Source of the DNA: Pavona decussata
Taxonomy: Eukaryota
DNA: 64,000 nucleotides
Direction: 5' to 3'
Assembly (NCBI GenBank): GCA_977016875.1
Contig: CDRNST010000018.1
Location: 372,001 to 436,000 of the forward strand
The position numbers and the translations under genes are program-made. Under the pieces are notes generated by a model. It was not told the origin of the DNA. It saw nothing but the letters and a program-made list of their open reading frames with translations, and ran no database searches. Shown one piece after another: positions 1 to 14,230 of the stretch. Each line of letters starts with the position of its first letter. Within the stretch, counting starts at the first letter, position 1.

Positions 1-263
1 AATTATTAAATTAATTCACTGCCGGGTGCAGCGCGTCGCTTCAGGCTAGGTCCTTGCCTTTGTACCTGAAAAAAAGGAGGTAAATGTTCGCTACATGTGC
101 CCTTAGTTTAGCTACCCTTAGTTTATTTTGTTTAATTTTTGTTTGCTCCCGCTTGTTCCTAGCCGAATTATGCAAAAATCACCATCTCTGTCTTTTGACC
201 GAAAGACACCTATCAGAGTCCCTTGCCATTGCATTTCATGCAGATTATCCTTTGTTATTTACA

Positions 264-1835
264 ATGAGCTTACACTTAAACTTTGATTTAAAATTCCAAT
301 CTCTAAACGTGAGAGGGCTGAACAAATCAATCAAAAGGCGTTGGATCTTTAGATGGTTACATAATCAGAAATACCATTTCACATTCCTGCAAGAAACGTA
401 CAGCTCGATAGAATGTGCTCGTATTTGGGAAGCTGAATGGGGTGGGAAAGTATTCTTTAGTCATGGCACAACACATAGCAAGGGCGTCATGACACTTATT
501 AATCCAACTTTACATTTCAAAGTGGAAAAAAGCATTTGTGATAAAAATGGCACATTTTTAATTCTAGATGTAGCCTTTGACGACACTCACTTCATTCTCG
601 CAAACATTTATGCCCCGAACGATGCAAAGCAGCAAATAGTGTTCTTTAAAGATCTTCAAAAGCATCTTGGCGAATTCACGCAGAAAATATGATAGTCGTT
701 GGCGATTTTAACTGTGCCCTGACGAACAGGGATAAAAAAGGTGGAAACCCAATTTCAAGAAAAGCCCTCGTAACTAAGGAAATCGAACAGCTTGCCAACC
801 TTTTAGATTTAACAGACATTTGGCGTGACCGTAACCCCGTTGAAGAGAGATTTATTTGGAGAAAGAAATCTTCCAAAATTCAGTGCCGCTTAGATTACTT
901 TCTTATTTCGAAAGCACTCATTAACGAAGCGCTTACATGTGAAATTTTGAACGCTCCCGAAACTGACCACTCTATTATCAAGTTACACCTTAAATCTGAA
1001 AGTTCAAGGCAGCCAAAAGGTCCTGGCTTTTGGAAGTTCAACAATTCCTTACTTGAGGATGAGAAATACACCAACAAACTCCGCGAAAGTATAACCCTTT
1101 TTAAAAACAAGTACTCCGATGTTGACGATTTGAGCTTGAGGTGGGACCTACTGAAAATGGAGATTCATGGTTTCACAGTGAAATATTCTAAAATCAAGGC
1201 AAAAATGAGGAAATCGGAAGAGCTTATACTTCAAAATAAAGTTAACGAACTAATACAGAAATCTGAAAGAAATCCCGGAGATAAACTTCTCTTAAACGAA
1301 CTTTATGCGACAAAATCGCGCCTACAGACAATAATGAGACAAAAGACAAAAGGAGCTATCATCAGAAGTAAGGCACTTTGGCATGAACAAGGTGAACGAA
1401 ATACAAGATACTTTTATAATCTAGAAAAGCGAAATCAAAATAGAAAAACGGTTTCTAAATTAAAAGTTGGTAGTAATAAATACACTTCTGATCAGTTCCA
1501 AATATTAGAGGAAGAAAAACGCTTTTATGAAACACTCTACAGATCTAAAAGCACTGATGTTTCTCCTGAATCCACTTTTTTCAAACCTGATAACATATCT
1601 CTGTTAAAAGAAGAGGAACAACAGCAGTGTGAAGGTCTTGTCTCAGAAAACGAATGCTTAAACGCTTTTAAAGAATTAAAAATGCCAAATCTCCTGGTAC
1701 CGATGGTTTCTCAGCAGAGTTTTATAAATTTTTTTTGGCCCGAGCTCGGTAATGAAATGGTTTCTAGTTTTAATCATGCTTTTCAGACTGGTATTCTTTC
1801 TATTAGTCAAAGACGAGGAATCATATCGTTAATTC
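264..1835 (+). mobile_element. L1-group non-LTR retrotransposon ORF2 fragment (APE endonuclease, linker, start of RT), frameshifted and 3'-truncated
   Basis: SLNVRGL, FLQET, NIYAPN, GDFN, RLDYF, TDH, WKFN and RRGIISLIP motifs across ORFs 84-692 and 689-2125. Homology breaks at ~1835 where another element begins. Confidence 0.9.
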
Positions 1836-1857
1836 CCCCCACCTTTTTATTTTTATT

Positions 1858-3916
1858 ATGGCTGTCTCGCTTGCGTCCATTAACGTCAACGGCGTGGCCG
1901 AGCACCACAAACGCAATAAGGTTTTCGAAGCGCTTCACTCGCTTCGCATCGATATTTTTGTGCTGCAAGAAACACATCTTGCTGACTTATCGCAAGGTAA
2001 GACGTGGGAAAACGAATGGAGTGGCCAGGCTGTTTGGTCTCCGGGCTCTAACCGATCTGCCGATGTGGCTGTGCTCATTCATCCGAATAGCTCTGTCACT
2101 CTGTCGGATCATAAGACCGATCTAGCGGGCAGAGTTCTCTCCGTTAAGCTAAGTCGGGATAATTTTTCCTTTCAATTACTCAACCTTTATGCCCCGAGTA
2201 ACCACGGGGACAGGAAGCATTTCTTTAGCAACCTTTGGCCGTTTACCCTAATCTCGAAACCGTTGTTGTCGGAGATTTCAATTGTGTTCTGGATATTAGG
2301 TCAGATAAGTTTGGAGGAGATGACAGCTTTGGCGACAAGGCTGTCGCAACTCTACACTTTGACTGACTCTGTAAATTTGGAGGATCTTTATCGTGTTTCT
2401 TTCCCCTCGGGGCGCTCTTATACCTGGTTTAATCGTACGCACAGTATCGGTTGCCGGTTAAATAGGTTTTCTACTCCGTGAGCCTGGAGATCTCGCATCG
2501 GCGGGTTTAACGACTATCCCTTTGCGTACTCAGATCACCATTTAATCCGTATTAATATTACACTTGGGACTTCAAACCCGAGAGGTCGCGGTAGTTAGAA
2601 GTTTAATACCCAGCTGTTTATGATTTCTGGCTTTCTTGGCGCGACGTAAAATCGGCATTCACTGACCCTCGGGTTTGGTGGGATGCCAGCAAATTACAAC
2701 TTTAAGAATTCGCTGTTTCCCACAGTGTTAACGCTGCCCTTGAGATACAACGCGAGATATTATCTTTAGAAAGCGAGTTTCGCAATATCCTGTCCCGCGG
2801 TAATCCAAATGCCCTTGCTGATCACGATCCCTTACCTGAGATTAAAACTAGCCTACAAGCGCTATCGGATCAGGCCGTTGAAGGCGCTATAATCCGTAGT
2901 AAAGAACAATGGATCGAATTGGGAGAAAAACCAACTCGAAACTAAACGACAGTCACGCAACGCAATTCAGGAATTGCGTGTGGGTGATCGGTCTGTCACA
3001 TCTGACATGGATATATTGCACGCGTGTCGCGAATTCTATAGTTCACTTTATTCGGCTGAGCCCGTTGATCTAACTAGCCAGGACTGGCTGTTAGATCAAC
3101 TGGATGCAACACTAACCGTTGACGACCAAAATAAATGCGAGGGGGTCCTCAAACTCGGCAAGTGCTATGAGGCTCTCTCTCAAATTTCGTCTGGTAAATC
3201 TCCCGGAGCCGATGGTTTTCTGGTGGAATTCTATTGGCGTTTTTGGGGTTTACTCGGTGCAGACTTGGTAGACTCACTTAATTATTCTTTCAAGCATGGA
3301 TCGCTGTCGGACTCTCAGCGCCGAGATATTATCCGGCTTCTCTATTAGAAGGATGATCCCTTGAGCCTTAAGAATTGGCGACCTATTTCCCTGCTAAATG
3401 CAGATTATAAAGTTTGTACTAAGGTGTTAGCAAATAGATTACACAAGGTCATCTCGCATGTCCTTAGCAAGGATCAAACATGTGGGGTCCCTGGCCGCTC
3501 GATTTTCGAAAACCTCATGTTAATTCGGGATACCATTTCCTACATACAACACAAGCAGCTCTCTGACGCCATCATTAGTTTGGATCAAGAGAAAGCTTTC
3601 GATCGCGTTAATCACAGCTTCTTGCAATGTGTTTTAGAGCGGTTTAATTTCGGACCTGATTTCCGGCGTTGGGTGTCTGTCGTGTATCACGGCATATCAT
3701 TTTGCGTTATCAATAATGGCCGGCTCTCACGAGCCTTTTATTTGGAACGGGGAGTCAGACAGGGTTGCCCGCTTTCCCCTCTCTTGTATTGCCTTGTGGC
3801 TGAATGCCTCGGCCAAGCTATCCGCTGTGACCCGAGCATTGAGAAAATCCTAATGCCTGGCTCGGGAAGTAAACAAAGCAAAGTGTTCCAGTACGCAGAC
3901 GACGCTACTCTTATTA
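1858..3916 (+). mobile_element. Tx1-group element ORF2 (lineage B, U2-targeting elsewhere in window), disrupted, ending just after YADD
   Basis: MAVSLASINVNG, LQETH, KSPGADG, NWRPISLLN, LDQEKAFD, GVRQGCPLSP, YADD. Homologous to 10330-11105 and 42251-43410. Confidence 0.9.
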
Positions 3917-4018
3917 GAGCTGTTGCATTTTCTCAAAAGTGTAAAAATTGGCTACTTAAAAAAAAACTAACTGATTTAATTTATCAATAGATGAAGGCAC
4001 AGTTTGCTGAGGGCCAGC

Positions 4019-4057
4019 TGTGTGAGTGTGTGTGTGTGTGGGTGGGGGGGGGGGGTG
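4019..4057. repeat. (GT)n plus poly-G microsatellite
   Basis: Direct reading. Confidence 0.85.
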
Positions 4058-4500
4058 TTTTGTACTGACACTTCCACCTGGCTGGACTTTGAGCTTTCAG
4101 TGTTAAATAACCTTGTTATTGACTGTTTCTGGGTGTTTTACTCTCTTGTTGAACCTTGTTTGAGAGTTCTGTGTTGACGTGGCACCCTGCTGGAGTGGTC
4201 CATACCACATACATGCCTGATGGGCCAATCTCCTAGCCAAGGGAGGGTGGTGGTGGTCAGAGGACCTCTGGTCGGTGTGACTAACATTGAGTCACTGTAA
4301 GCATGTTTTTTTTGGTGAATTCGTATATATGCGTTGTTTTTTTGTTTGTTTGTTTTTTTTAAGATTCAGTTGCCCAGGGGGAAGAAGATGACATACCAGA
4401 AGAAGAGTTTCTCAGAGTTCAAAACACAAGCAACCAGCTTGAAAAAACAGAAACCAATCCGTGTTCTGTAAAATATAAAAAAATTTACGTATAATATATA

Positions 4501-5365
4501 CCGTATTTACTCGTGTATAAGTCGACCTGTTGTGACCAAAAAATCAGCCCAAAAAATCGCCCTCGACTTATACATGAGTCATACAAAAAAACCCTACCAA
4601 GAAACCCAAGAAATTAGCATAACAATTACTTGAAGTCCGTTAGGAAAACCGAGTTTACAAAACCAGTTCTAATTGTGTTCGAGTATTGACAGTTTTCGGT
4701 GCATTCTTCGTCAACAAAAATGAAATATAAATAAATATTACGTGGTTGAAACACAAACCCACTGGAGAGTTTCTGCTGTGTCTTTTTATACATAGAGCAG
4801 ACATTTTTCTTAGAGCTTCGCTGCCGTTTACGGTGCTGAATGTTCGTTTTCCTCAAACGATTACAGGAGCTTAGTGACCTGGCACGGAAAGCACGTGGAG
4901 CTATCTTAGTTACCAGTACTCCTCAAATTTGTAGTTTGGTTACCAAGTTTTCGAAAATGGCGGTGTTTTCATCGAGCGATCTTCGGCTTTCCTTCGGTCT
5001 TCTTAATCTCCTTTCAAACTCAACATTGAGATAAAGGTTAGTTAAATGCAAGAAGATTTCATTTTCAATGCTATTTACTTCAAAATATCGTAAATTACTT
5101 CTCAAGTAAGTCAACATGCTCGTGTGTGCGTAAATCCGAAAATCATGATGATATAAACAAGTGCTAATAAACTTCACCGCACACGATTACATTTTGCTCT
5201 GCAGTTTTATTTATTCACCATGTTTACAGTACATTCTCAGAAATAAGAGATTAACTTTTTGGGAAACTTCTTTCGCTCTGAAATTTTCTTCTTTAGCCAG
5301 AAATGATGAAAATCCGATTTTTGACCTTGAAAATGGGGGGTCGACTTATACACGAGTAAATACGG
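4501..5365. mobile_element. MITE of Tc1/mariner-pogo type, 27-bp TIRs, TA target duplication
   Basis: CCGTATTTACTCGTGTATAAGTCGACC (4501-4527) and its exact reverse complement (5339-5365), flanked by TA at 4499-4500 and 5366-5367. No transposase inside. Confidence 0.92.
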
Positions 5366-5879
5366 TACTTATATATTTACTGTAAACACTTTTTTTCCTA
5401 CTGTTGTAGTTTCCACTCTAAGTCTTATTTAACTAGCAGAGCTCTTTTACCAGTATGATAAATTCTACTTTCCCCTATTTTATTTAACTGCACAGAGGTA
5501 GTGGCCAACACGAAAGCCTTGCTCCTTTGGCCACAACGCACTTCTTCCCTAGAACGTAAAATCACTAAATAAATTGCTTTGGAAGTTTAATTTTTTTCTT
5601 ACTATAAATTATTTTGCATTTCGTTGTAATAAGTGTGAATAAAATTGAATTGTATCAAAAACACAAGGTGCGGTATAAGTCTGGCACATCATCATAATGT
5701 TTTGGGGTTGTTTGACACAACTTCTATAAATGTCATTATATGCTAACACGTACATAATTCTCCATCAGGTACAGAGAAATTCTTCCCTCAACACAGAGAC
5801 TTGCGCAACTTGAATGGTGGAACAAGCGTAGATCATAAAGCTGTATGTAATAAAGACACTGGTGCAAAGCAGAAGTCCT

Positions 5880-6930
5880 TGCAAAAATGGAGACATGGAC
5901 TTCTCTATTTTGTTCGCGATGGTGGACATATAGAGAGCTGGAGTCCTCTTTTCGTGTGAGTGGGATAAATGTTGACGTTATATATTGTTTCACTATCAAT
6001 GGTTCATAATAATATAACCATGCTGTATGATGGCCTTTATTAAACAGTACGTGCACAATATGCGTATGATGCGGGATCACTAACTAAGAAGGTTCTAAAC
6101 CCAGTTATATGCATTACAACTATTACCAAGGTTTCCTTTGATACATTCACAAAACTCGTGTAGACTTTCAGTTTCCATTTTGGAGAGTATGACTTTAAGG
6201 CCCCCATAAATAATAGCCGTCCTCCAATTAATTAAAAGCATTGCATCGAGTCTTTATACCATGCATAACTAGTGCCTAGGGTGTTATTGTTGAAGATATC
6301 ACTGTCTCTGCTCCTGTCTTTATTCTTTAACATGTTTTAAACATGGTCTTACCAACTTGCTGCTGTACTGTCTCTATCGGTGTACAAAAGATTCTTAACT
6401 TACGAGATCTCTTTTCTTTTTTTTTTGTTTTGCTTGCTTGTTTTAGTTCAGAGTCTACAAGTCAGGTGTTTCTTCTGGCTGTGCACTACCTCTACAACAG
6501 ACTGCAGGATGTCAAAGAAAAGGATTGGGATAAGTTCATGCTGTCATACGATAACATGTGCAATTTAGGCAAGATGCATGCCGCAAAAGAAGACCTGCCA
6601 CTACCTGCTCCTTACGATAAGATGTGGCTAAAAGTAACCAAAGTTATTGATCACCTCCACCTTAGGAATCATAAAAATCCAAGTTGTCGGGAGATTTTCT
6701 CACCTAAGCCATTAATAAAAAGGTTTCCCCAGCTAAACACACCAGTGGCAGAGCAGACGTTTATGTGGTCTGGAAGGTTTAAAAAGATTCTGTGCGCGAT
6801 GCCACAATTCCATTTCCTGTTTTACTATCATAGAATGGTTGTGCGTAGAAATTGATACACATCCAAGTGCCATAAGGCCAAACGCTTCCCAGTCTTGCCA
6901 AAAGTGAGATCTCACTTTAGCACCTAAGCG
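5880..6930 (+). pseudogene. KDZ (Kyakuja-Dileera-Zisupton)-like transposase relic with a probable intron at 5956-6446
   Basis: Splicing GT(5956)..AG(6446) joins GGHIESWSPLFV to SESTSQVF in frame. It continues through YDNMCNL, DHLHLRNH..C and NTPVAEQTFMW, which resemble KDZ catalytic motifs. A stop occurs at 6853. Confidence 0.55.
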
Positions 6931-7206
6931 CAATAAAACTATTTTGGAGGCTTTATGGTGTCTCTCATCTTCAAAACTGAAACCCGGAATATCCTTCAGT
7001 GCACTTGATTTCAGTAAATCATGTTGTCGAAAATAAAACAAAGTAAAAATATAAAGCGTTATTGGTATTCTTAGTTGCTGGAATAAAAGGGATTGATTAC
7101 ACAACCATTGTTTCACTTTTGCTTAAAGTAAACCGTATCACAATAAGTGCAATGGTTTAAAAATGGCAAAATATTGGGTCAAGGTAATTTAAATCTAACG
7201 ATTTAA

Positions 7207-7592
7207 GGACGGTGCCTACTAATATCAAAGTATATTTGTGCGGTTTATGACTATGCGGGAAAAGCAGATCTTAGGAAGGCCTACTGGAATCCAAAATAAA
7301 ACTTGGGGGTAGCCACGCATTTTTCAGAGATAATTAAGCAATAATATCTCTTAAAAGCGCCAAAATATGAAGCAATGTATCGATTTTTTTCCTAAATTGA
7401 AGCTTAATTATCTCTGAAAAATGCACGGTTACCCCCAATTTTCTTTCGAGGTACCAAAAGAATTTGGTGAGTTCCGCTTTCTCTGCATAGTTTTAAACCG
7501 TGCAAAAATATTCCTGTATTACCAGGCACCATCATAGGAAACCTGAGTATTTCGAGATGAGCAGAACGCAGTAACAATAGTAGGCACCATCC
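7207..7592. mobile_element. MITE with 15-bp TIRs and TTAA target duplication (Kolobok-like GG..CC termini)
   Basis: TTAA|GGACGGTGCCTACTA ... TAGTAGGCACCATCC|TTAA. Confidence 0.85.
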
Positions 7593-7829
7593 TTAATTAA
7601 AAGATGAAGATAAATACAAAATTCAATGATTTTGACCTGGCGTTTTTTCGAGGCCGGCATTTAATCGGGGTCCGGCGTTAATTAATGAAATTTAACACTT
7701 GTTAAGGAATTGAAGGAACTGCGTACTTGAATCAGAGCGTGCTCAGAAAGATAAAATTGATTCTATTTATAATGCAGCCGGCATTGAAGTGGCTTCCTAG
7801 CCTTAAATCGATCTGCGAACTTGTTCGCC

Positions 7830-7861
7830 ATCGCTTCTCGGCCATTTGGCTAAGACCAAGT
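7830..7861 (+). ncRNA. U2: U2 snRNA 5' fragment (nt 1-32), interrupted
   Basis: ATCGCTTCTCGGCCATTTGGCTAAGACCAAGT, preceded by GAACTTGTTCGCC as in the other U2 copies. Confidence 0.9.
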
Positions 7862-8970
7862 TCAGTTCTGATTGGCAGCATAAATTCTCATGCATAATCG
7901 GTAGTTTTTAGGAAGTGATTATCTCCATATTTGGTGCGCCCCACGTGGTGCACGCAATATAACTTGGCATGTCTGCTTCTGTTTCGCAACCAGATCAAAA
8001 TGGTGTAGATTATGAAGAAAGTGTATTGTGTGAAAATCCTGCTAGCCCTCGGGTCACTGGTAACTACGCGGATGCCACCCGTGGAGAATGAACAGAGGAC
8101 ATCCCTAAATGGCTGTTGACCGCTTTTTCCATTTCTTCAGTTTTCTTCCCAAGGAAGATGTTTTCCAGGCTTTATCTGATGCTGGTATAGAAAGCCCTTG
8201 ACATCTTGTGTATTCAACGGCAGTCTTCTAATGATATTCTCCTGACCTTCCGACAAAAAAGTTTTAAGTATGATTTCCTAAAGTATAATTTCTTAAGTCT
8301 CTGTGGGTCGCTTTCGCTCTTTAAGATGTTGACCACCCGCTAACGATCTACAAGTTTTTGATGCGCCACATGAAATGGCTGACACCCGATTAACAGTTGT
8401 CCTTGGAAGTTTTGTGATGTTGTGTCTCACCGCCGTGGTATGTTTTGTTTCCCAGGCTGGGAGTGTGTCCATTATGTTAACGTCATTACTAAGTTAAGAT
8501 AAAACAGCCTATCCTGGGTTTCCTGCGTTTTGGCAAGGCCTTTGAGCATTTTTGCTACCAAGGACAACCTTGTACGTGTCGTCACTGCCACTAAATCAGC
8601 CACATCGCAAAAACCAGTCATACGGTCATCTGTAATACATTGGGGAAGAGATTCTTCCGGTAGAATTGTGTGTTTGGGCCAATCTTGGCGAACACAAATT
8701 TAATTTGTTAATATTAACGCACCCACAAATGTTACTGATTGCAAAGGGTTTCATGATACCCTACATGCATATTTTTTCTGAACCCTTTTTTAGGTCATTG
8801 GTGGTGATTTTAATTCCATAGAAAGTGAATTTGGTAAACTCAGGGGAAATTTAATACTTGTTAAGGAATTTAAGGAATTGTATACAGTTCATCGTTTAAC
8901 TGACATCTGGCACGAAGAAAAACATGGGCGTCAAACCCAGTGCAGCTGGTTTAATGTCTGCAATTTTTCC
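7862..8970 (+). mobile_element. Keno-like U2-targeting Tx1 element (lineage A), internally deleted relic of ORF1 and APE
   Basis: Starts at the U2 junction. Degenerate ORF1 similar to 26740-27650; APE remnants NINAPTN and GGDFN. Followed by U2 nt 40-49 CTGTTCTTAT at 8971-8980. Confidence 0.75.
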
Positions 8971-8980
8971 CTGTTCTTAT

Positions 8981-11440
8981 GGGACGTGTGTCGGAGAGCT
9001 CCGTGCTTTTTTCGCCACACGTACCGGTTAGTGTTCCTTTTTTGTCGGTCTATCTTGATCAGTTTTTTACTTAGCGTCCCCTCTTTGGTCTGAGGGATTT
9101 TTAGGTTTTTCTTCCGCTTCGTTTCCGAATTATTGTTGTTTTTCTGTCTTGCCACGTGTTGGGCAAGATGGCCGCCGCAGCCGCGAGGGCCCCACGCACA
9201 ACATTTCCACACCAGAAAACCGTTTGTTTAATGATTGAAGAGGGCATGGACCTGGATGCTGTGCAAATCGCCAATTCCTTGGCGGATTTTGGAGAAGACA
9301 TCATTGATGTCGTTCCGAAATTTGGTGGAAAATGTTTCGACATTACGATGCTGCGACCCGTCTAGCAACGGCGGGCTTCGACTACAAGAGTACTCTCTTG
9401 GGAGCCCGTACTATTCACGTCTCCATCTTTGTCTCGGTTGAGTTCCTGGACAGCGATGTCCTCCAATTGGATACAGTGATGAAGGCCTTTACCACATAGA
9501 GCGTGGCATACACGGCGCCGAATTTGCTGTCATGGAGCGTTACCTACCGCGTAAAATCGTGACACAGGGTTTGGAAATTTATTTTAAATACCCTGGCCAG
9601 CCCAGCGAACACATCGTTAAAGACTGCCCTAAGAAACGTCGACGACCGCCACCCGGTCTAGATTTCGTGGCCGAGACCAGGGGGATGGTCTTACGCCCCC
9701 CACACCCGCTAACCCTGAATAAGATGCCATGGAAATCCTGGCTTCGTTGACTGATTCTGCGCCATCTGCGGTGCTTTCAACCGGTTCACCTTCTCCATGC
9801 ACAGCCTCGCGCGACACCAGCTACGCCGCCACAACCCAGGAGCTTTTACCAGACTCACAAGCGAGCGATAACAACAGGAAACGTCCCCCCCCCCCCCCCG
9901 TCTCTGGCGAAGGCCGACAACTCCATGCCCACAAAGAGAGCCACCAATACCGCAGCCGTTAACAACACACGCATAGAACTTTCTACCAACACAGATCCTG
10001 AGCAATCTCCTGCCGACAACGCTTCTCTCCAAAACTTTCACCACAGCTTTAAAAAAGTCTTGCAGCCAACGCACGAAGTTGATGGGGGTCTTCACGGGCT
10101 CCCAATTCTACCACTGTCGCGGCCTTTATTTGCAACATCTCTACGGTAATTACGCGGACGCTGACACTCAGCCTCGCCAGAAAATGGGTGAACGCAAAAA
10201 CCAAGAATGGAGCGTTCTCCACTGTACTCTACCAACGGATGCTTATGCCAAACTGCTTAGACTGTGTGAAGATCTCAGGCGGGAACGACCCGCTCTATTT
10301 AACACTTAATAACTGTTCTGTCCTTGCTTATGGCGGTCTCTTTAGCATCCATTAATGTTAATGGTATAGCTGATGCCCTGAAACGAGCCAAGGTTTTTCA
10401 ATCACTATTATCTAGCGACTTCGAAATTTTCCTTTTGCAAGAAACACATCTTTCAAGCGACTCACAAGGTAAGGAGTGGGAAAGGGAATTGGGGGGGCAC
10501 CCCTGCGTGGTGCCCCAGCTCTAACAGATTGGCTGGTGTGGCGGTTCTTTTCAATCCGCGAAGTGCCGCTACACTAGTTGACCTTAAGACCGATCTCTCT
10601 AGTAGGGTGGTATCCGTCAAAGTGGAATGCGATGTAACCCTTTTTCCGTTTACCTTCCCAATAATCACTCAGATTGGAAAAAATTTTTCGATCCCTTGTG
10701 GCGCTATTGCTTTCGCAATCTTGATACCATTGTGGCCGGGGATTTAAATTGTGCCGGATGTCATGCTAGATAAATGGGGAAGTGATGACAGGTTTGGCGA
10801 CAGAGCTGTCTCGCAACTCATTTCTTTCACTAATTCTGTCCTTGGAGGATTTCTATCGCATTTCCAACCCCTCCGGGCGTTTTTTTAAGTGGTTTAACGG
10901 CCCCCACTCTGTCGGTTGCCGGCTTGATCGGTTTTACACACCACCAGCCTGGCGATCACGAGTGTTTGCCCATGCGTGTACTACCTTTGCGTACTCTGAC
11001 CACCATATAGTTAGTCTAAAATTCTCCCTCGAAAATTCTACCCAGAGAGGACGTGGCTTATGGAAACTCAACACACAGCTGTTAAAATCTGAAACCTTCT
11101 GCTTCACTGTAAACTCGTGTTTAAATTCACTTGAGGTACCGTATTATTTGCTTAATTGCTTAACATTGTAACTTGCAACGTTCCTTGACGATTGGCAGTT
11201 AAATCGAGTTATTCACTACTTCACCTTGACGATGGGATGGTAAAATCAGGTTACCTATCTATATCAACCTTGACAATGGGATGGTTAAATCGCTTTACAC
11301 GGACAGTCATTACTGTGGACAAAGTTCCAGGATTTATTGTGGACCGAGATCCGAAAATTATTAACCAAGCACTAGCTGCTTTACCACTGTTACCTGAATT
11401 TTGTGGGCATAGATCCAAGATTTACTGCGGACAAAGATCC
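8981..11440 (+). mobile_element. U2-targeting Tx1 element, lineage B; 5' end, ORF1 and APE, then a deletion into the 3' UTR
   Basis: Begins right after U2 nt 40-49. ORF1 FPHQKTV..VVPKFGGKCFDIT; ORF2 MAVSLASINVNG. 11103-11440 matches the 3' UTRs at 22990-23320 and 43780-44100. Confidence 0.85.
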
Positions 11441-13339
11441 AACCCAGCTAGCAGCTGCCTTTGATCTTGCCGCTTTTCGGAAAGTGATGATCACCCCAGT
11501 AAAGAAATCTTTCAATCATTCGAAAACCGTAACGAGCATGCGCGAAATGCGAAGGGTTCATGCTATTTTGTCTGTGGCGACTCGACGGTGGAAAATGCAT
11601 TGGTATTAAGTCATAGTTACTTTACTGTTAGCATGTTATTTTGCGGTAGTATGACGTTTGAACACTGCGATTAATCGAGACCGCTGGAATGAGGTGCCAG
11701 CTTTGTTTTAGGTTAGTAGAGTCGTCGGCAATGAAATTGCGAGCGACATGTTTTCATCGAGTTTATGTGGTGAAGAACATGATTTGTAGTGTAGCGAACG
11801 ATTATGGTTTTCGTCATCTCAGGAAGATATTGTACGTCGACAAAAAAGTAGAGTTCAATTTCAATTATTGTTCAGTTCTGAAGAAACTAGAAGCCACGCA
11901 GTGTTTCACGACTGTCATTGCAAAAAGCCCAGAATGTAAGCTTATTTCTCAAGATCGGCTTGGAACTTTAATGTAAGCTTATTAAAAGTATTTGTCCCAC
12001 ATTTTATCAACTGTTGAAAGCGTCGGTACAAATGAAACAGCATGTTTATTTTATGGAATTCTCCCTCTGTTTAAATGTTGCGTGACGACAGTTATTCCTG
12101 TAAGTTTAATTTTAAAGCACAAATTGTTTAAATGCATACACAAGCAAAACGGCTTGAGTCCTTAAGAAATTTTTAGAAAAGAAAATTTTGCAACTGGAAA
12201 GGATAGCTGATAAAGATCTCAGAAGAAGATTGCTCAACATTATTGTGAATAGAGCTACCATGTTTGTATGAGCGGTTGCAAGGGTGTTCGTCTCTTGTCT
12301 GTATGGGGAGATTAACTGACACCAGTTGGAAAAAATGTTCTAAATGGTGTCAACCCACCGACAAATTCTAACCATAATGGACATGAGGGGTGGTTCTTTA
12401 TACAGGTTTAAGTTGACCTTAACAACACTTTGTTATAAAATTATTATTATATGTCAAGGGATAGATATGATGCTCTTGGAGCTTGGATTAAGGTTTGCTT
12501 AATAATATTCAATCAAGGGAAAGAGGGGTGGTACCACATCTACCTTCCTGAGGTACATGTTCTCATTTCTTGGAAGTAGTATGGCAGTACAACAATCATC
12601 TGTTTTATATTATTTAGGAGGCAGCTTTGGAGTCACTTAAATCAGCAAATCCAGACGGGAGGTTTTGGTTAAAACTAGATGGAACTGACGTTAAAGCTTG
12701 CCTTATGGAATCAGTGAAAGGAGTATGGAACGGTGATGTGGATCTTGGGGATGAAAAACTGCAACAGTTGCGGTCGGACTATGAGAATCTGCTGAGAGTG
12801 TTCAAAGTTTGGTAAGCGAAAGCAGAGTTTAAAAGATGCCAAAAGACTACTCTCATACAATGTGGTGCGTTCATTGGAAAGGCACGGTTGTGCGAGAGAG
12901 GCTGAATATGTGGAAGTACTTGTTAAGTGGGATGAAGCTTCAGATGGGCGTGGCTTATCTCAGCTCACCAGATGCAAGTACAATTACCAGATGTTAGCAT
13001 TGATCCTTGATGAGTGGATGCCTTGGCATCGCACAAACTATGACTTCTCGACAATAGACATCAACAGATAACTGAAAAGCTTATAAATGATGTGGTAGCT
13101 TGTTATTAACTTTGCAGGGCTCCAAAAAAGTACATAGCGCACATTACATCCTCTTTATGTTCACTTGGTTAAGATTACATGTACATAACTATTTTATTTC
13201 TTAATCATTCTTAGCAAGTTATAGCTGTAGCTAATATCTTAAATTTACACAGATTCTAATGAAGTTTTTCCTTTTCTATTTTAATCTTTATTATTTAGTG
13301 GTGTACCTATAAACTAGCTTTTAGCTAAGCATACGACCA

Positions 13340-14230
13340 CATTAAAATAAAGGATTAATTGCTTGGTTGTTCATCCAAAAATGTGATTTATCTTGGAAGG
13401 TGCGGTAAATGTAATTTACAATATGTGGGTTCCACATCAAGGGAGTTCAAGATAAGATTCTGCAACCATAAATCGAATATGCTCAACAATAGAAGAACAT
13501 GTGAATTGGCGGTACATTTTAATAGTTCCCAACATGATATTTCTCAAATGAGGTTTATCATCATTGAGCAAATCATATCCTTCAAAAATCCATTACATTT
13601 AGACCAGTTCCTGATTACCAGAGAAGCCTATTGGATGAGGCAATGATTCACACTTAATCTGCATGGCCTTGACAAAAGGCGGGAATTTCGCTCCAAAAAT
13701 TGTATTAATTATAGCAACTAATTAGACCTTTTCGCATCTTCTTGCATTGAAAATGAATTGTGACTTGTCCAGCTCCTAATTTTATTAATTGTTTCAATTG
13801 TTATGTGACTTGCCGTTTGCATTCATGGGCCCTGCTGGAGGATTCTGTTATTTTCTTTTTTGGTGGGCTGTTCATGGTTCCTCAGCGGGGAATTTATTAC
13901 AGTATTGTTTAAGGGCCCCTGCTTTGGGATCATGTTACAGCCTTAATTATGATCATTCAGAGGCCTTTTGCGGGGAATGTGTTACGCTGGGCTTATTACG
14001 TAACTCTTGCCACTTGCTTTTATTCTATTGTTAGTTTGTGATTCAAACCTTTTTGTAGCGCTAATTGAGTTGGTTATATAAGAGTGTATCTTTGATACGC
14101 CCAGCCATTGTAAATAGTTTTAAGTTTTTAGTTTTTCATATTATCTGAAGACAGCTGAAAGCCGAAACATTATTAAACCAAGTCGGACCGGTAAGAAGTT
14201 TACCCCACTGTTCTTGCTCATTATTTCCTC
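13340..14230 (+). mobile_element. Penelope-like element 3' fragment (GIY-YIG endonuclease plus degenerate hammerhead in pLTR)
   Basis: CSSKNVIYL..C..C.LQYVGST..REAYW. CTGAAGA-cagctgaaagcc-GAAA at 14145-14167. Confidence 0.8.

Noticed and set aside
11440-13300. Exon-like fragments (e.g. FWLKLDGTDVK..WNGDVDLGD) possibly from a DNA transposon
   Set aside because: No family or termini could be assigned from the sequence alone.
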